This document shows positions 1 through 14,050 of a stretch of 59,204 bases of DNA, piece by piece. Numbering within the stretch: the stretch's first letter is position 1; the number at the start of each line of letters is the position of its first letter. The translations under genes were made by a program, and so were the position numbers. Origin of the DNA: Octopus bimaculoides. Lineage: Eukaryota. The stretch covers positions 44,579,794 to 44,638,997 of the forward strand of contig NC_068999.1 in the NCBI RefSeq assembly GCF_001194135.2, given 5' to 3'. The notes under the pieces were generated by a model, which did no database searches, was not told the origin of the DNA, and saw only the letters and a program-made list of their open reading frames with translations.

Positions 1-360
1 GGTGGTGGTGGTGGCAGTAGTGATGTTGGTGTGGTGGTTGCGATGGTGGTGCGACGTTAGCGATAGTGGCGGTGACGGAGGTAATTGCAATGGTGGTGGC
101 GGTGGTGGTGGTGGTGGTTATGATAACGGCGGTGGTATAGCTGCTGCTGCTGTTGCTGTTGGTACAGTTGATGGTGCTGGCGGTGGGGCGATGAACAGCA
201 ATGGTGACGGTTTTAATATTTGATATCAGCGATCGACAGAGTTTGTGCTGATGGTACTTGTGCTGCGGCTGCTCGTGTTTTGCTGTGTTCTGCTGTTGTC
301 GCCGCCGCTGCTTTGGTAGCGTTGGCGGTGGTGGTGGTGGTGGCGATGGTGATGCTGGAT
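1..360. repeat. Low-complexity (GGT)n/(GCT)n-rich degenerate trinucleotide tract
   Basis: Interrupted GGT/GGC/GCT runs; ORFs 2..223 and 226..438 are just their translations. Confidence 0.9.
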
Positions 361-756
361 TGCGAGGTCGGACAGCAAGTTTTGTTGTAGATGAATGGGA
401 TAAATGAAGTAAGACATGACTAATAGATGGCAGCACAAAAACTTTGTACGCTGGACATCGGAATATTTCTATTAACAATTGCAAAACAGCCACTCAACGT
501 AAAAATGCATGTTTTGAGCCAGGCTTCTATCGATGTAGGCTTTTACCAGCTAAATGTGCAATCTATTTGCATGGTGCATTATACATCAACTTCCTACGCG
601 CATGCAGTTGAGGAAATTGAAGTTAACAATGCTACTAAACATCGGTCTACAAGCAAAGCCGCGTGTATAATGACGTGTTGGCAAATTGCTTCATTCGTGG
701 ACGGCTTAAGTTGGTCAGGATTTAGCATCTGGGAAAGATTCTTTAATTTGCTTTAG

Positions 757-880
757 TGATTCCACTGCGGCCAAGCTGGAGCACCGCCTTGAAAGAATTT
801 TTTGTTTGTTCGTTTTTTTTGTTTTTATTAGTCGAATGAATCGACTTCAGACGTGGGCTTCTTTCAGTTTCCCGTTACTG
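757..880 (-). mobile_element. SINE family B fragments (3' tail plus short head fragment)
   Basis: CTGCGGCCAAGCTGGAGCACCGCC is the reverse complement of the tail of the full copy at 53945-54368; GGGCTTCTTTCAGTTTCC matches its head domain. Confidence 0.7.
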
Positions 881-919
881 AACCAACTCGCCTCTTGCCG
901 CTCAGCCACCACGAGCGGC

Positions 920-1016
920 AAGTTACGCATTGGGTTCGATGTAATCGACTTAATCCCTTTGTCTGTCCTTGTTTGTCCCCTCTATGTTTAGCCCCTTGTG
1001 GGCAATAAAGAAATAA
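920..1016 (+). mobile_element. SINE family A 3' half with alternative tail ending AGCCCCTTGTGGGCAATAAAGAAATA
   Basis: Body GGGTTCGATGTAATCGACT matches family A; tail differs from other A copies and resembles the LINE end at 16815-16840. Confidence 0.7.
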
Positions 1017-1220
1017 GAAACGTTAGCACGTCGGGCGAAATGCTTAACAACATTTCGTCCGTTCTTACGTTCTGAGTTCAAATTCGACTGAGCTTGACTT
1101 TGCTTTCATCGTTTCGGGGTCGATAAAATAAGTACAAGTTACACACTGGAGTTGATGTAATCGACAAGGCTTCTCCTCCAGAATTCTAGACCTTATGCCT
1201 ATTGTATAAAGGAATATTAT
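1017..1220 (+). mobile_element. SINE family A, missing about the first 15 nt
   Basis: GAAACGTTAGCACG...B-box-like GAGTTCAAA...GGGGTCGATAAAATAAGTAC...tail; homologous to 36749-36959. Confidence 0.85.
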
Positions 1221-1837
1221 ACCCCAAAACGCAGCGAGCTGGAAAAATCTGTAGCAAACCGGATGAAATTCTTATCGGTATNNNNNNNNNNNNNNNNNNN
1301 NNNNNNNNNNNNNNNNNNNNNNNNNNNNNNNNNNNNNNNNNNNNNNNNNNNNNNNNNNNNNNNNNNNNNNNNNNNNNNNNNNNNNNNNNNNNNNNNNNNN
1401 NNNNNNNNNNNNNNNNNNNNNNNNNNNNNNNNNNNNNNNNNNNNNNNNNNNNNNNNNNNNNNNNNNNNNNNNNNNNNNNNNNNNNNNNNNNNNNNNNNNN
1501 NNNNNNNNNNNNNNNNNNNNNNNNNNNNNNNNNNNNNNNNNNNNNNNNNNNNNNNNNNNNNNNNNNNNNNNNNNNNNNNNNNNNNNNNNNNNNNNNNNNN
1601 NNNNNNNNNNNNNNNNNNNNNNNNNNNNNNNNNNNNNNNNNNNNNNNNNNNNNNNNNNNNNNNNNNNNNNNNNNNNNNNNNNNNNNNNNNNNNNNNNNNN
1701 NNNNNNNNNNNNNNNNNNNNNNNNNNNNNNNNNNNNNNNNNNNNNNNNNNNNNNNNNNNNNNNNNNNNNNNNNNNNNNNNNNNNNNNNNNNNNNNNNNNN
1801 NNNNNNNNNNNNNNNNNNNNNNNNNNNNNNNNNNNNN

Positions 1838-1896
<59 letters not shown>

Positions 1897-2119
1897 TCGC
1901 GGCCGCTATCGCTCCACCTCTTTTCTTCTTCCTCTTCCCCTTTTTCGACCGGTCGCTAGCGCCTCCTCCGCGAACTACCGACGCCATTAACGACGGTGAT
2001 ACCTGGTTAACCCTGCCGGTAGTCAAAGGCCTGTCACAATGCGCTTTTCATTGTTTTAGCTTTCGAATGCCACCAACCCGCTGGCTAAGCGAGCAGACCA
2101 ACATGATGTTAGATTTCCC

Positions 2120-2280
2120 ATGATCGGAAGGCTGTTCCGTCGCAGGGTTACCTATTTAGAGTTGAGCGAGCTGGAAAAAACTTTAAAGGACGTATATTGC
2201 TGGAGAACACAACGCGCGGCTCGGTCCGGCAATTGAAACCACGATCGAACGATCGTGAATGCAACGCCCAAACCACTTTC
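2120..2280 (-). mobile_element. SINE family C head/central fragment, degenerate
   Basis: GAACACAACGCG...GAAACCACGATC...AACCACT is the reverse complement of a tRNA-like head similar to 13165-13350 and 58742-59071. Confidence 0.55.
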
Positions 2281-2875
2281 AATATGATATATAAATGATG
2301 TACAATTAAGTGATCTCTATTATGTCAGACGCAGGCGTGGCAGTGTAAGGATTTACCTGTATAAGATCTATATGTATCGCCTCTGTGCAAATCTTTTTAT
2401 TTTTTAATTTTAACTTTTTATTTTCACACACGAGGAATACCTAAGACTAGAATTGGTAGCATACCATAAGAATACTACCGGCTGTTTGGGAATTCTAAGG
2501 GTGAACGAGCTCTATTTTGTACTCTTATACGTTTTTAACAGAACACACCTCAACTATATNNNNNNNNNNNNNNNNNNNNNNNNNNNNNNNNNNNNNNNNN
2601 NNNNNNNNNNNNNNNNNNNNNNNNNNNNNNNNNNNNNNNNNNNNNNNNNNNNNNNNNNNNNNNNNNNNNNNNNNNNNNNNNNNNNNNNNNNNNNNNNNNN
2701 NNNNNNNNNNNNNNNNNNNNNNNNNNNNNNNNNNNNNNNNNNNNNNNNNNNNNNNNNNNNNNNNNNNNNNNNNNNNNNNNNNNNNNNNNNNNNNNNNNNN
2801 NNNNNNNNNNNNNNNNNNNNNNNNNNNNNNNNNNNNNNNTATATATCAGTATAAGTATATATATATATGTGTATA

Positions 2876-2911
<36 letters not shown>

Positions 2912-4656
2912 TTCACCATCAAATGAAGAATCTGGACATTGTGATTAGCTACATGGCAAACAAGACCTTGCATAACCAAGTGTGTTGATAAATATCAATT
3001 AAATTTGGCAGGAAGGAATCTTGCAAAGAAATTACAATCAATATAGTGGCATCACATCTCTAGTTGTTAGAGAAGATTACACCTCTTAAATCCCCTCAGG
3101 CAGCAGCGGTGCAGTCTTAGCACTGCATCGTCTATGCCACCAGAAAGCGCACATTTCTTTCACGCTAACCTTTTAATCCGCTCCTAACGATTTTATGCAG
3201 TCAGCAGATTCGGTGTTAAAGTAGTGATAGAGTTCTATCTGCAGAGTAACTGACCTCGTGTCAGGCATTGATAGCTAGAATAGGATTCCAACCAAAATCA
3301 ATTGAGTAATTACGACCTCTTCCTTTACGCAAGATTTGGCCTCTTTACTGAGTTTAGACATTTCGACAATACTATTTAGTATATAGCCACTAAATCACAT
3401 CAATATTTCACCGAATTCCGTGAGTGCCTTATAACTTGAAGCAAACATCCAACACAGTCGAGGTCTCTGCTACAAAATCAGTCTGTGATCAAGTTACTTC
3501 CTTTCTATTGTGTCCGCAAATGTTCCCAGGAGTGGAATGAACACTAAGGAAAAACAAAACGTAAAACAACAAAAAAGCGATATATACTACTCAAAATACA
3601 CAAGCTATTCACAAATATATGTATATGGCTGGCTAACAATCATATTCACTGCTCAAAGTAATATACACAGCTCCCAAAGATATAAACTACACAAAATTAT
3701 ATATGCTGCTCTCTAAGATATCAAAGTGTTTAGTGCTTTATGAAAAGCATCGGACAAAATTTATTTAACAGAATACACTGTCTGTAGTAGTACAAGCGGT
3801 TAGCTAACATTCGGTCGAATATACAAAGAGCTGTCTCTATTTTCGTTGGACTGTAAACTAGCTAAGGTCCTTCAAATAAGCATGAAGTTCACAACTTCAC
3901 GTTTCTTTCTTGCCTGATATTATCGGTTTAATTTTGTTTAGTCACAAATCAACTCTGATCGAGCAGAACTGCGATCAAAGTTTCTGCAGGTGTGACAATT
4001 ACGCTCTTTTCCAGATATAGTGTGTCAAGGATGGAGCACAATATCCAATGCAAGTTTCCTTCCTCTAAAACAGAATTGTGGGAGGAGTTAAATATATAGC
4101 TGTTACCTTTAGCATATCGACTGACTACGAAAACACAACATCGTTTGACAGCGTCTAAGATTTATGGAGAAAACGATACAGCTTGAGTTTATTAATCCAC
4201 ATTTATATGCTATATACATACTAGCAGCTAAGCCCGGGTTCACCCGGTCGGTTTGGATGATGTGGCTATAAAACCTGCTGTGTGAAAGCATTCCACTTGT
4301 TTTGGCACGCTTACGTTAAACAACATTATGCAACTATAGTGGAAAAGATTATTTACATTTATACATACATGCATTGTAAAAGATGAAAAAAAAATGATGA
4401 TTCGGTACTCAGCAAGGTTTTCAATTTGACTTCGAGGAAATGTTGTAAGGCTTTTGTTTACGCAGTGTATTTTCTGCATTGTAACTTAAAGCTTTTAATA
4501 TCGATTCTTGACTTCGTGTAGAACGAAGAATAGTTAACAATATTTTCTGTAGCATTATTTTATTACCACTATGCTGAACACAGGCACACACAAATATATG
4601 CGTGCACGTGTATACATTTATATATATTTATTCGTAGACATTCATACACACAAACA

Positions 4657-4690
<34 letters not shown>

Positions 4691-4890
4691 TGTATATATG
4701 TATATGTATGTCTATATATATATATATATATATATATANNNNNNNNNNNNNNNNNNNNNNNNNNNNNNNNNNNNNNNNNNNNNNNNNNNNNNNNNNNNNN
4801 NNNNNNNNNNNNNNNNNNNNNNNNNNNNNNNNNNNNNNNNNNNNNNNNNNNNNNNNNNNNNNNNNNNNNAGACATTCATACACACAAACA

Positions 4891-4925
<35 letters not shown>

Positions 4926-5229
4926 GCTATCCCTCAGGGATCTTTATTCTGCTATAGTCGCATAATGTTTCTTATGCCCTTCACCTTATCCCCTCACCAG
5001 CACACACTTTACCACCAACAATTACATAATCCAGTTCTATAGTTCTTCCTTCTCACCAGAATTTGCCTTAACCAGCCTTACTCTTGTCTGACTCGATCTG
5101 ATCTTTAATGGCAAAGACGACGATTTAAACTGTCTTTCTGGTTCGTGTTCCACAGTTTGAAGAACGTACTATCGGCAGCAGTTGGAAGCCACACAGACTC
5201 ACACTAACAAATACACCGTACAAACAAAC

Positions 5230-5501
<272 letters not shown>

Positions 5502-6465
5502 TGATATAGGTGGACGTATTCCTAAAACAGCCTATGCATGTACACACACAAAATACTCATAAGCTACACACACACACGCATATACACGCGCACACACACA
5601 CAAACTCACACACACATTCACACACATATGCATACCATACCATGATTTGGCATACCACAACACATACACATCACACATACACGACACACAGACACTCACA
5701 CACACACACAGACACTCACACACACACACATACCCATACCATACCATGGTATGGCATACTACACTCTATTTTATAAAGGCACAATATCCTTATATAATAC
5801 ACGGACACAATTTGTGATCAATATTGATCGTTTGTTATATAATATTACGTAATAAAACATACCTTGTGGGGCTTTTGTTTGCTTTCTTTTTTTTGTTGGT
5901 TTTTTTGTGGGTTTTTTTTACTTTGTTTTAGTGAACTGTTCCCCTCCAATTACCGATATATCGATTATTATTTCACTGCAGAAAATCCTTCAAACACCGA
6001 AAGCATTTGCATATTCGGAGAGTATAAAAGAAAAATTTAAGGGGCCGTTAATCTTCCATCACTCAAAACATTTGCATATTTAATGGGTTAAAACACAAAA
6101 AAAAAGAAAGAAAGAAAGAAAAAAAGGAAATAGAAAACAAAGAAGGTGACAACCGTAGTTTCATTATCTGGAATGACAATCTACCCGACAATTATTAACG
6201 ACCATCCACCCTTCTACACACACGAACACACATACACATAACACGCAAGCACACACACATACGCACACGCACACAAAAAAAACAAACAAAAAAAAACAAT
6301 AACTTTTCTTTCATAACAAAGATGTTGCTGATTATAGTGTTTCATTTTATTGGCCTCAAGGGCCCACATCATGGACGATAGTGCAAAGGTAAACTACTTA
6401 GGACAAAAAATCAACCATAAACGAAAAGCAGTCAGGGAATAAGATTAAGTAAAGAGGGAAAACAA

Positions 6466-6829
<364 letters not shown>

Positions 6830-6912
6830 TCATTTAAATATATATGAGCATGTCTAGATATGCAACTATATGCATGAGAATACATACATGAAACAAAACA
6901 TACAAATCAAAT

Positions 6913-7025
6913 ACTCTGTTGATGTTGTTGAAATTCCAATAAAGGAGACTTGGATCTAGGTTAGAAACCTGCTCTTTCTCTGTTGGCAAGATATCTTGAA
7001 ATAAAACTGAGCAATGACATTCATA
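6913..7025 (+). repeat. Unclassified interspersed repeat (GTTGAAATTCCAAT(G/A)AAGGAG family)
   Basis: Related segments at 7191-7242 and 16417-16449. Confidence 0.55.
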
Positions 7026-7679
7026 CAGTCATAGAATATCTGTCATTCTGGATAAGCTTGGATTTTCTGAAAAAGAAATCAAATAACTAATTCGTACATT
7101 ACAAATACATGTTCTTTCTGTAAGCGGAACGGTAAAACAATGCAAGAATTTTCTCTGGTTTAAAGTGTGACATTGATTCTGTTATCTACATTCCAATGAT
7201 GGAGCTGTGTATCTTTATTAGAAACTAGCTCCTTCTTCAGAGGAAGAATTTGCATTATTAAGAACAGAAGTGAAACATACATACATACGTATATACGTTC
7301 ATACAAACAGGCATACATACATACACAAACATGCATACATACATACATATCTACAGACATAAATATACAGGTATATTGTGGCAATAAGAATGAGATAGGG
7401 AGAGCATCAATCTATTACCTACACAAGCAATCCTCTTCGTTTCAATAATGCGTAAACAAAAACATAAATGCCAGCATCGTGTTGAAGATTGCTATTTACC
7501 TGGACATAAAGGGAATCATTTGATTGCAAGTGGTTTGGCAATTAAATTTAACATACATATAGTCGGAACAGATATATCCCCCTTCAGGTTTACGACAACG
7601 GGTTATTAAACGTAGATGTTAAATACGAGACAATATCAAAACCGTTGGCCACACGTTTTAGAAATGCGACAGACAAGAA

Positions 7680-7778
7680 AAGAAGGTTTTGGTGGGCTTT
7701 GAAATCAGAAATAAACGACAGTCGAAATGCGGCTCAGCATTTTGTCCACCATGCACTCAATTCTACCAGCTCTCCGCC
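7680..7778 (-). mobile_element. SINE family A head, degenerate
   Basis: TTTGAAATCAGAA...CGAAATGCGGCTCAGCATTT...CCAGCTCTCCGCC aligns to the reverse complement of the A head. Confidence 0.65.
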
Positions 7779-7974
7779 TCAAAATTCTTATATATATCGC
7801 AGACATATGTTAATGAAGTGTATATACAATTAAATAATGTATGAAAACCGAACGATGAAGAATTATTGAAAGAAGGTTCAGCATAAAATATATAATGTGG
7901 ATTATATATATTTTTCTAGATATACACCAACGTAGACAATATAGAAGCATCTTGTATAAAACTGATTTCAAATT

Positions 7975-8192
7975 TTGGCACACAGACAGCAATTTTAGGG
8001 GAGGATTAAGTCGATTACATCGACACCAGTATTTAACTGGTATTTGTTTTATCGAATCCGAAAGGATCTGGATGAAAGGCCAAGACGACCCTCGGTGGCA
8101 TTTAAACTCAAAATGTTTAGACGGGCAAAATACTGCTAAACATTCCGCACAGCGAAACGAAATGTGTAGCGATTCTACCAGCACTCCACCTC
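7975..8192 (-). mobile_element. SINE family A, near full length, diverged
   Basis: GGGGAGG..AGTCGATTACATCGAC..CTGGTA..GGATGAAAGGC..CTCGGTGGCATTTAAACTC. Confidence 0.8.
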
Positions 8193-8541
8193 CAAAATAC
8201 CATTATATATCGCAGACATATATTAACGAAGTATATATATATATACAATTAAGTAACGTATGAAAATCGAACAATAGAGAAATATTGTAAGTGGGTTGAA
8301 ATTAAAATAAATAAATGTGTATTGTATTATTTTTTTCTTCTTGAAATAAAACAAAGTAGAAAATATAGAAACAACTTGTACAATACTGAATACATGTGTT
8401 GTCTCTCTTTCTCTCTCTGTATCCATTAGTGTTGCTTTTGCGATGAATTATCTTATCTCCCCCCCCCCCAACACACACACATGCACACTATACCACATAT
8501 ATACAGACTGAGAGAGAAGAATAACATAAACTTACAAACAT

Positions 8542-8635
8542 GGGCATATGGCGTAGTGGTTAAGAGCGCGGGCTACTAACTCCAAGATTCCGAGTTAGAT
8601 TCCAGGCAGTGACCTGAATAATAATAATAATAATG

Positions 8636-8678
<43 letters not shown>

Positions 8679-8869
8679 CAACAACAACATCGAAAAATGA
8701 GAGCCCAGGTTCGAAATTTCCCCCAAGACACCCGATGAAGACTGGAGGGTATATCAGCCAAATCGTTGTGTTAACAACAAACAAGATGAGGACAAATATC
8801 CTTCAAATGTGAATAATGTAAATAATGTGAATAATGTACATAATTACTCATCTCTTAAATATAGAACTG
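8542..8869 (+). mobile_element. SINE family D: tRNA head, (AAT)n(AAC)n, hammerhead-like 3' segment, (TGTRAATAA)n tail
   Basis: A box TGGCGTAGTGG 8549-8559, B-box-like GAGTTAGATTCC 8592-8603; colinear with the copy at 21446-21802. Confidence 0.85.
8727..8772 (+). ncRNA. Degenerate minimal type-I hammerhead ribozyme-like motif
   Basis: GACAC-CCGATGA-A-GACTG(GAGGGTATAT)CAGCC-AAAT-CGTT-GTGTT versus stem I-CUGAUGA-stem II-GAAA-CGUU-stem I'; core mutated. Confidence 0.5.
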
Positions 8870-9282
8870 TGTGCGTTCTTCGTGTTCAGATATTGAAACC
8901 GCGTTGTAAAACGTTGGTGTTGGTGTGAAAACATCATGGACTATGATAAATTACTTTTCACGGCGATGCTAGAAAATATGATTACTAAACTCGTTTACAA
9001 ATACTCCGAAGTTTAATACCTCAGAGAATTACTATTTGTAAATCTCACAACGAGAGATATTCAGAAACAATACTTTGGAGTAAGGATTGTTTGCCAACAT
9101 ATTATAGCAGTCCTGGTTTACGATGAATGTTGCTGTAATTTAGCCCCAGGAGACATCGTCTCTAGCTGGCTATACGGCATGATCTGTGTCCTTATATTTT
9201 TCGAACAAGGGAATCTAGCACCCCCAATCAGATCATAACCCGGAAATCGTGATACACAGATATTGTTTTGAAGAATAGAAGA

Positions 9283-9351
9283 ATAGAAGAAGAAGAAGAA
9301 GAAGAAGAAGAAGAAGAAGAAGAAGAAGAAGAAGAAGAAGAAGAAGAAGAA
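9283..9351. repeat. (GAA)n microsatellite
   Basis: Direct inspection. Confidence 0.95.
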
Positions 9352-10207
9352 GAGAACGGGAGGATGTAAAGACGAGGAACGTTTTACATATAAATTTCTA
9401 TACATTATGGGGGTAAGCAATGAAGTAAAAATAAAAGAAAATAAGACATTATGTATTTTTGGTGCTCATATTTGCCTAAAGCCATTAGAATTGAATCGAC
9501 TGTCTTGTCACGGCGATTACGTTATTGACGAACAAGAATATCCAAAAGAGAAACAAACAAAGAACAACAGCAGCAGCAGCAACAGCAGCAACAGTAGCAA
9601 CAGCAGCAGCAGAAAGCGATAACACTTCTTGAAAGATTTTTAAATTCATTTTAAATAAACTGAGTAAGGACTAATGCAAAACCGTTGCTTAGTTACGCAG
9701 GTTCTTTGAGTTGGACTAAACATTTCCTTCTTCTTTTTCTTTTTTTTTATTTGTTTGGAGAGAGAGAGAGGGGGGAAAGTGAGTCTTTGTTCACGATGTT
9801 GCCGATATAAAAGTCGGAAGCTTCTTATGTATCAATTTAAAACGCGTGGAATTCTAATTACCATAATGTTTCAGAGATATTTTGCTCGGTAAACAAAACG
9901 AATTGAAATGATGGATATAATATTATGTAGCTATGAGTTCAAATGATGCTATACTTTCACTCTGCCACAGCGTTCCCCGGCTATCAATGAATGGATGTTC
10001 TATCGATAATGTTTTTTATGTGTAAACGCGTCTTGATTATTTTCTCAATAATTGTGTTGTTAATTGCCTGCAAAACATTCTTGCAATGGTGTTTGCTAAT
10101 TGCGTCAACGCAGGATTAGTCATCTGCAGATATATACAAGAATTTTACGTAGATAGCCGAAAATCAATATTATGTATATGTATATACATGTACATGTATA
10201 TATATAC

Positions 10208-10300
<93 letters not shown>

Positions 10301-10879
10301 TACATGTACATATATATGTGTATGTGTGTATGCATGTATGTATGCATATGCATTCGTGTATATAAACGTATGTATACATTTATGCATATAAACGTATGCA
10401 AGATATTCACATACACACACATATATATATATACGTATCCGTATATATGGATATGTATATATGCATGTGTGTGTGCATATATCACTCTCTTCATGAGTGT
10501 GTGTGTGTATTATATATATATATGTATATATGGATATATCACTCTCTACGTGAGTGTATATGTGTGGATATGCATGTACAGACGTGTGCTGTAGATTCTC
10601 GCATACGTTATAGAGTAAACTGATAAAAATTTCAATTAATTGAAAGTAAATTTTCAGTTACAAAACAAGCATTGCTGCTGCGAGTGTTTAGAATCTAAAG
10701 AAACAGAAAAATACGAGTCAAGGAGAGATAACTCCAAGAAGACAAACATTTAGATTGTTAGTAATTCAAAGCACTGCAGCGAGAGTGGGTCCTGTCTTTG
10801 TAGCCAACTAAAGAACGCAACGGAGAGGTTTTGTATTTCATACATTCACTCGTTTAAGTATATTCCGATTCTGTCGGCT

Positions 10880-11266
10880 CTGATCACTTTGTACGTAATT
10901 GTATGTATGCATGTATGTATGTAAACGTGCAGAGTTTTGCATATCTAGACATGCTCATATATATTTAAATGATAAACTTCTGGAAAGTTTTACAGATTTT
11001 TACAGTTCCAGTGATAGCTTGGATCTGTAGTCTTCAAATCAGCTTTCTCCTTTCTGGCTTTGAGAGGCCTAATTTCTCAAGATTGTCACGTAATGTATGT
11101 ATGTATGTATGTATGTATGTATATGTGCAGATTTGCATGCTTTGTTTTATGTATATATTCTCAAGCATATATTTGTATATATATATTTAAATGATAAACT
11201 CCGGGAAAGTTTTACAGATTTTTACAGTTCCAGTGATGGACTGGATCTGTAGTCCTCGAATTAGGC
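10880..11266 (+). repeat. Local tandem duplication, period about 222 bp
   Basis: ATATTTAAATGATAAACT..GAAAGTTTTACAGATTTTTACAGTTCCAGTGAT..TGGATCTGTAGTC at 10957-11043 and 11179-11266. Confidence 0.85.
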
Positions 11267-11284
11267 TTTTTTTTTTATCGAATT

Positions 11285-11417
11285 AACTTATTTTATCGAC
11301 CCCGAAAAAATGAAAGGCAAAGTCGACTTCCGTGGAATTTGAACTCAGGTTGTAAAGACGAGCGAAATGCCGCAAAGTATTTTGCTTGGCATGTTAATGA
11401 TTTTCCCAGCTCGCCGC
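11285..11417 (-). mobile_element. SINE family A 5' two-thirds
   Basis: TTATCGACCCCGAA..ATGAAAGGCAAAGTCGAC..GGAATTTGAACTC..CCAGCTCGCCGC. Confidence 0.85.
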
Positions 11418-12185
11418 TTTCTACTCCGTAACGATAATGAAAGACAATTTGGCAATTTTCCCTTGGTAGAATTAAAACTCAGAAGTTAAGGTGTAGGAGA
11501 AGTACGACAAGGCATGTCATCCAATGTTCTAACGAATTCTTCCTATCCACCATCTTATGTTTGTTCTGTAAATAATGTTAAAATGGCGATATTTCCTTTC
11601 GTATTTAAATAAATAGGGACCTCTTTATCACAACCTGTTGGATGTTTGCATGTTTAGAAACATAAGCGAGGAACAGAAATGTAATATAAATCTAAGTTAA
11701 AGCAGAAACAAATATTTAAAATATCACATAGAAAAGAGGGAGAGCGATCATAAGAAGGGACACTCTAAAACCGCTGCAAAGGACCTGGAAAATATCATGT
11801 GTTATAATCTGATGGGTTTGTTGTCTCAAAGCTTCAACGAAATGGAGATAATTTATTTAAATAGATCACACTGGCAGCATAAAATTTACTTTTACAGCGA
11901 TATCTGTCTAACTATCTGACTCCAGTATTTGAGAAGCGAAGCTAAAATCAATTTGATTAAACTTGGATAACGTTGGTGACATTCAGTCGTGCTGCAATGT
12001 CTTGTTGCTCCGTTTAAAAGTGGCAATAGATTCCGAACTACGGTGCGTTAAATCTGAGGTTACCATTCCAGTTGGATAGCAATATCTAATTAAGAATAAT
12101 TCAATAAGTACTCCATGTTGTAGAACGTAAAGCTGTTGGCTCAACCACAAGGCACCAATGGAAGATACATACACACACTTCTATA

Positions 12186-12240
<55 letters not shown>

Positions 12241-12459
12241 TATGAATATATGTATATATATATGTGTGTGTGTGGCAATACGCATGTATTTGTATGCTTG
12301 TATAGATGTGTGTATATACATGTAAATGTATGTGTATATANNNNNNNNNNNNNNNNNNNNNNNNNNNNNNNNNNNNNNNNNNNNNNNNNNNNNNNNNNNN
12401 NNNNNNNNNNNNNNNNNNNNNNNNNNNNNNNNNNNNNNNNNNNNNNNNNNNNNNNNNNN

Positions 12460-12496
<37 letters not shown>

Positions 12497-12656
12497 TGTA
12501 TATGTATACATATAAGTATATATATATTGGTATGAATATATGTATATATATATATATGCATGCGTAAATATGTGTGTACGTACGTGTGCGTGTGGAAGCA
12601 CGCATGTATATATATGTGTGTGTGGGTATACGTCATGTATGTATGCGTATGTACGA

Positions 12657-12693
<37 letters not shown>

Positions 12694-13164
12694 CATCTAT
12701 GTACGTACATAAGTATATACATATGTATGTGCGTATATATGCGTATGTTTTCTGTATGAATCAATGTATGTTTTTATTTGCTTTTCTTGTGAGGCATCGT
12801 TCTGCGGAAACGGTCTGCAAACCTGTCCAAGAGTTTCAGCCAGAATTATCGTAAGTCGGCCAAACTAATTCGCCAAAGTTAATGAACCAATTAAATTAAT
12901 ATTTATTTATTAACTAGAACAGCAAGTCGTTGAAAATATACGATTACTTGATTAAATGTTGAACAGAAGTTAGATCTGATAAATCTACAAATCACTATGT
13001 GATTTTTTTTTCTTTCAAACTTGCAAGTCCTTTAATAAAAACAATTTTTCCCTTTCGTACATTTGTGGTCGTTATAAGCAGAACTAGAAGGTCCCCTAGG
13101 TGTAACCTCTATATCAAGAAAATTATCAAAGATCCTTCCCGAACCATAGGCTTATAAAAACGAT

Positions 13165-13350
13165 TTACCGGATCTGTGGCGTATATCCTTTCCCTGGATG
13201 GCACACCAGTCCGACGCAAGACTACTCATTTTTGCCAGCCAAGTGGACTAGGGGAATGCGAAATAAAGTGTTTAATTCGAGAACACAACACATCGCACAG
13301 TCCTCCAGGAACCAAAACCGCAATCTTATGATCAAGAGTGCAACGCTCTA
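13165..13350 (-). mobile_element. SINE family C-type element (tRNA head plus central domain)
   Basis: Reverse complement has GCTTAGTGGTTAGAGCG A box, then ACACTTTATTTC..AGTCCACT..GCTGGCAAAAATGAGTA shared with 58742-59071. Confidence 0.75.
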
Positions 13351-13476
13351 ACCACTAAGCTGCGTATGCATGCATATATGCATATATGTATGTAAGTATG
13401 TATGTATGTTATGTGTATATATATATATATATATACATACGTGTATGTTATAAATATATATGGGTGNNNNNNNNNN

Positions 13477-13531
<55 letters not shown>

Positions 13532-13689
13532 TCATACATGCATAAATACGCACATACATACATACATGTATACATACATTTCCATATATACATACATATA
13601 TATATGATATATGTGAGTATGTTATGTGTATTTGCATGTATGAGTATATACATCTCTCTCTTTCTCACTGTCTCTCTCTCTTTCTCTCT

Positions 13690-13738
<49 letters not shown>

Positions 13739-14007
13739 CATATATGTAGCATAAATACACACATACATACATACATACATACNNNNNNNNNNNNNNNNNN
13801 NNNNNNNNNNNNNNNNNNNNNNNNNNNNNNNNNNNNNNNNNNNNNNNNNNNNNNNNNNNNNNNNNNNNNNNNNNNNNNNNNNNNNNNNNNNNNNNNNNNN
13901 NNNNNNNNNNNNNNNNNNNNNNNNNNNNNNNNNNNNNNNNNNNNNNNNNNNNNNNNNNNNNNNNNNNNNNNNNNNNNNNNNNNNNNNNNNNNNNNNNNNN
14001 NNNNNNN

Positions 14008-14050
<43 letters not shown>

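Noticed and set aside
1893-2100. CpG-rich patch as a promoter
   Set aside because: Short, next to a gap and a SINE fragment, with no associated exon.
6927-6985. CCAAT(G/A)AAGGAG...AGAAAC as another hammerhead
   Set aside because: The core is too far from CUGANGA, stem I is not formed, and an alternative GGAGC/GCTC hairpin explains the pairing.
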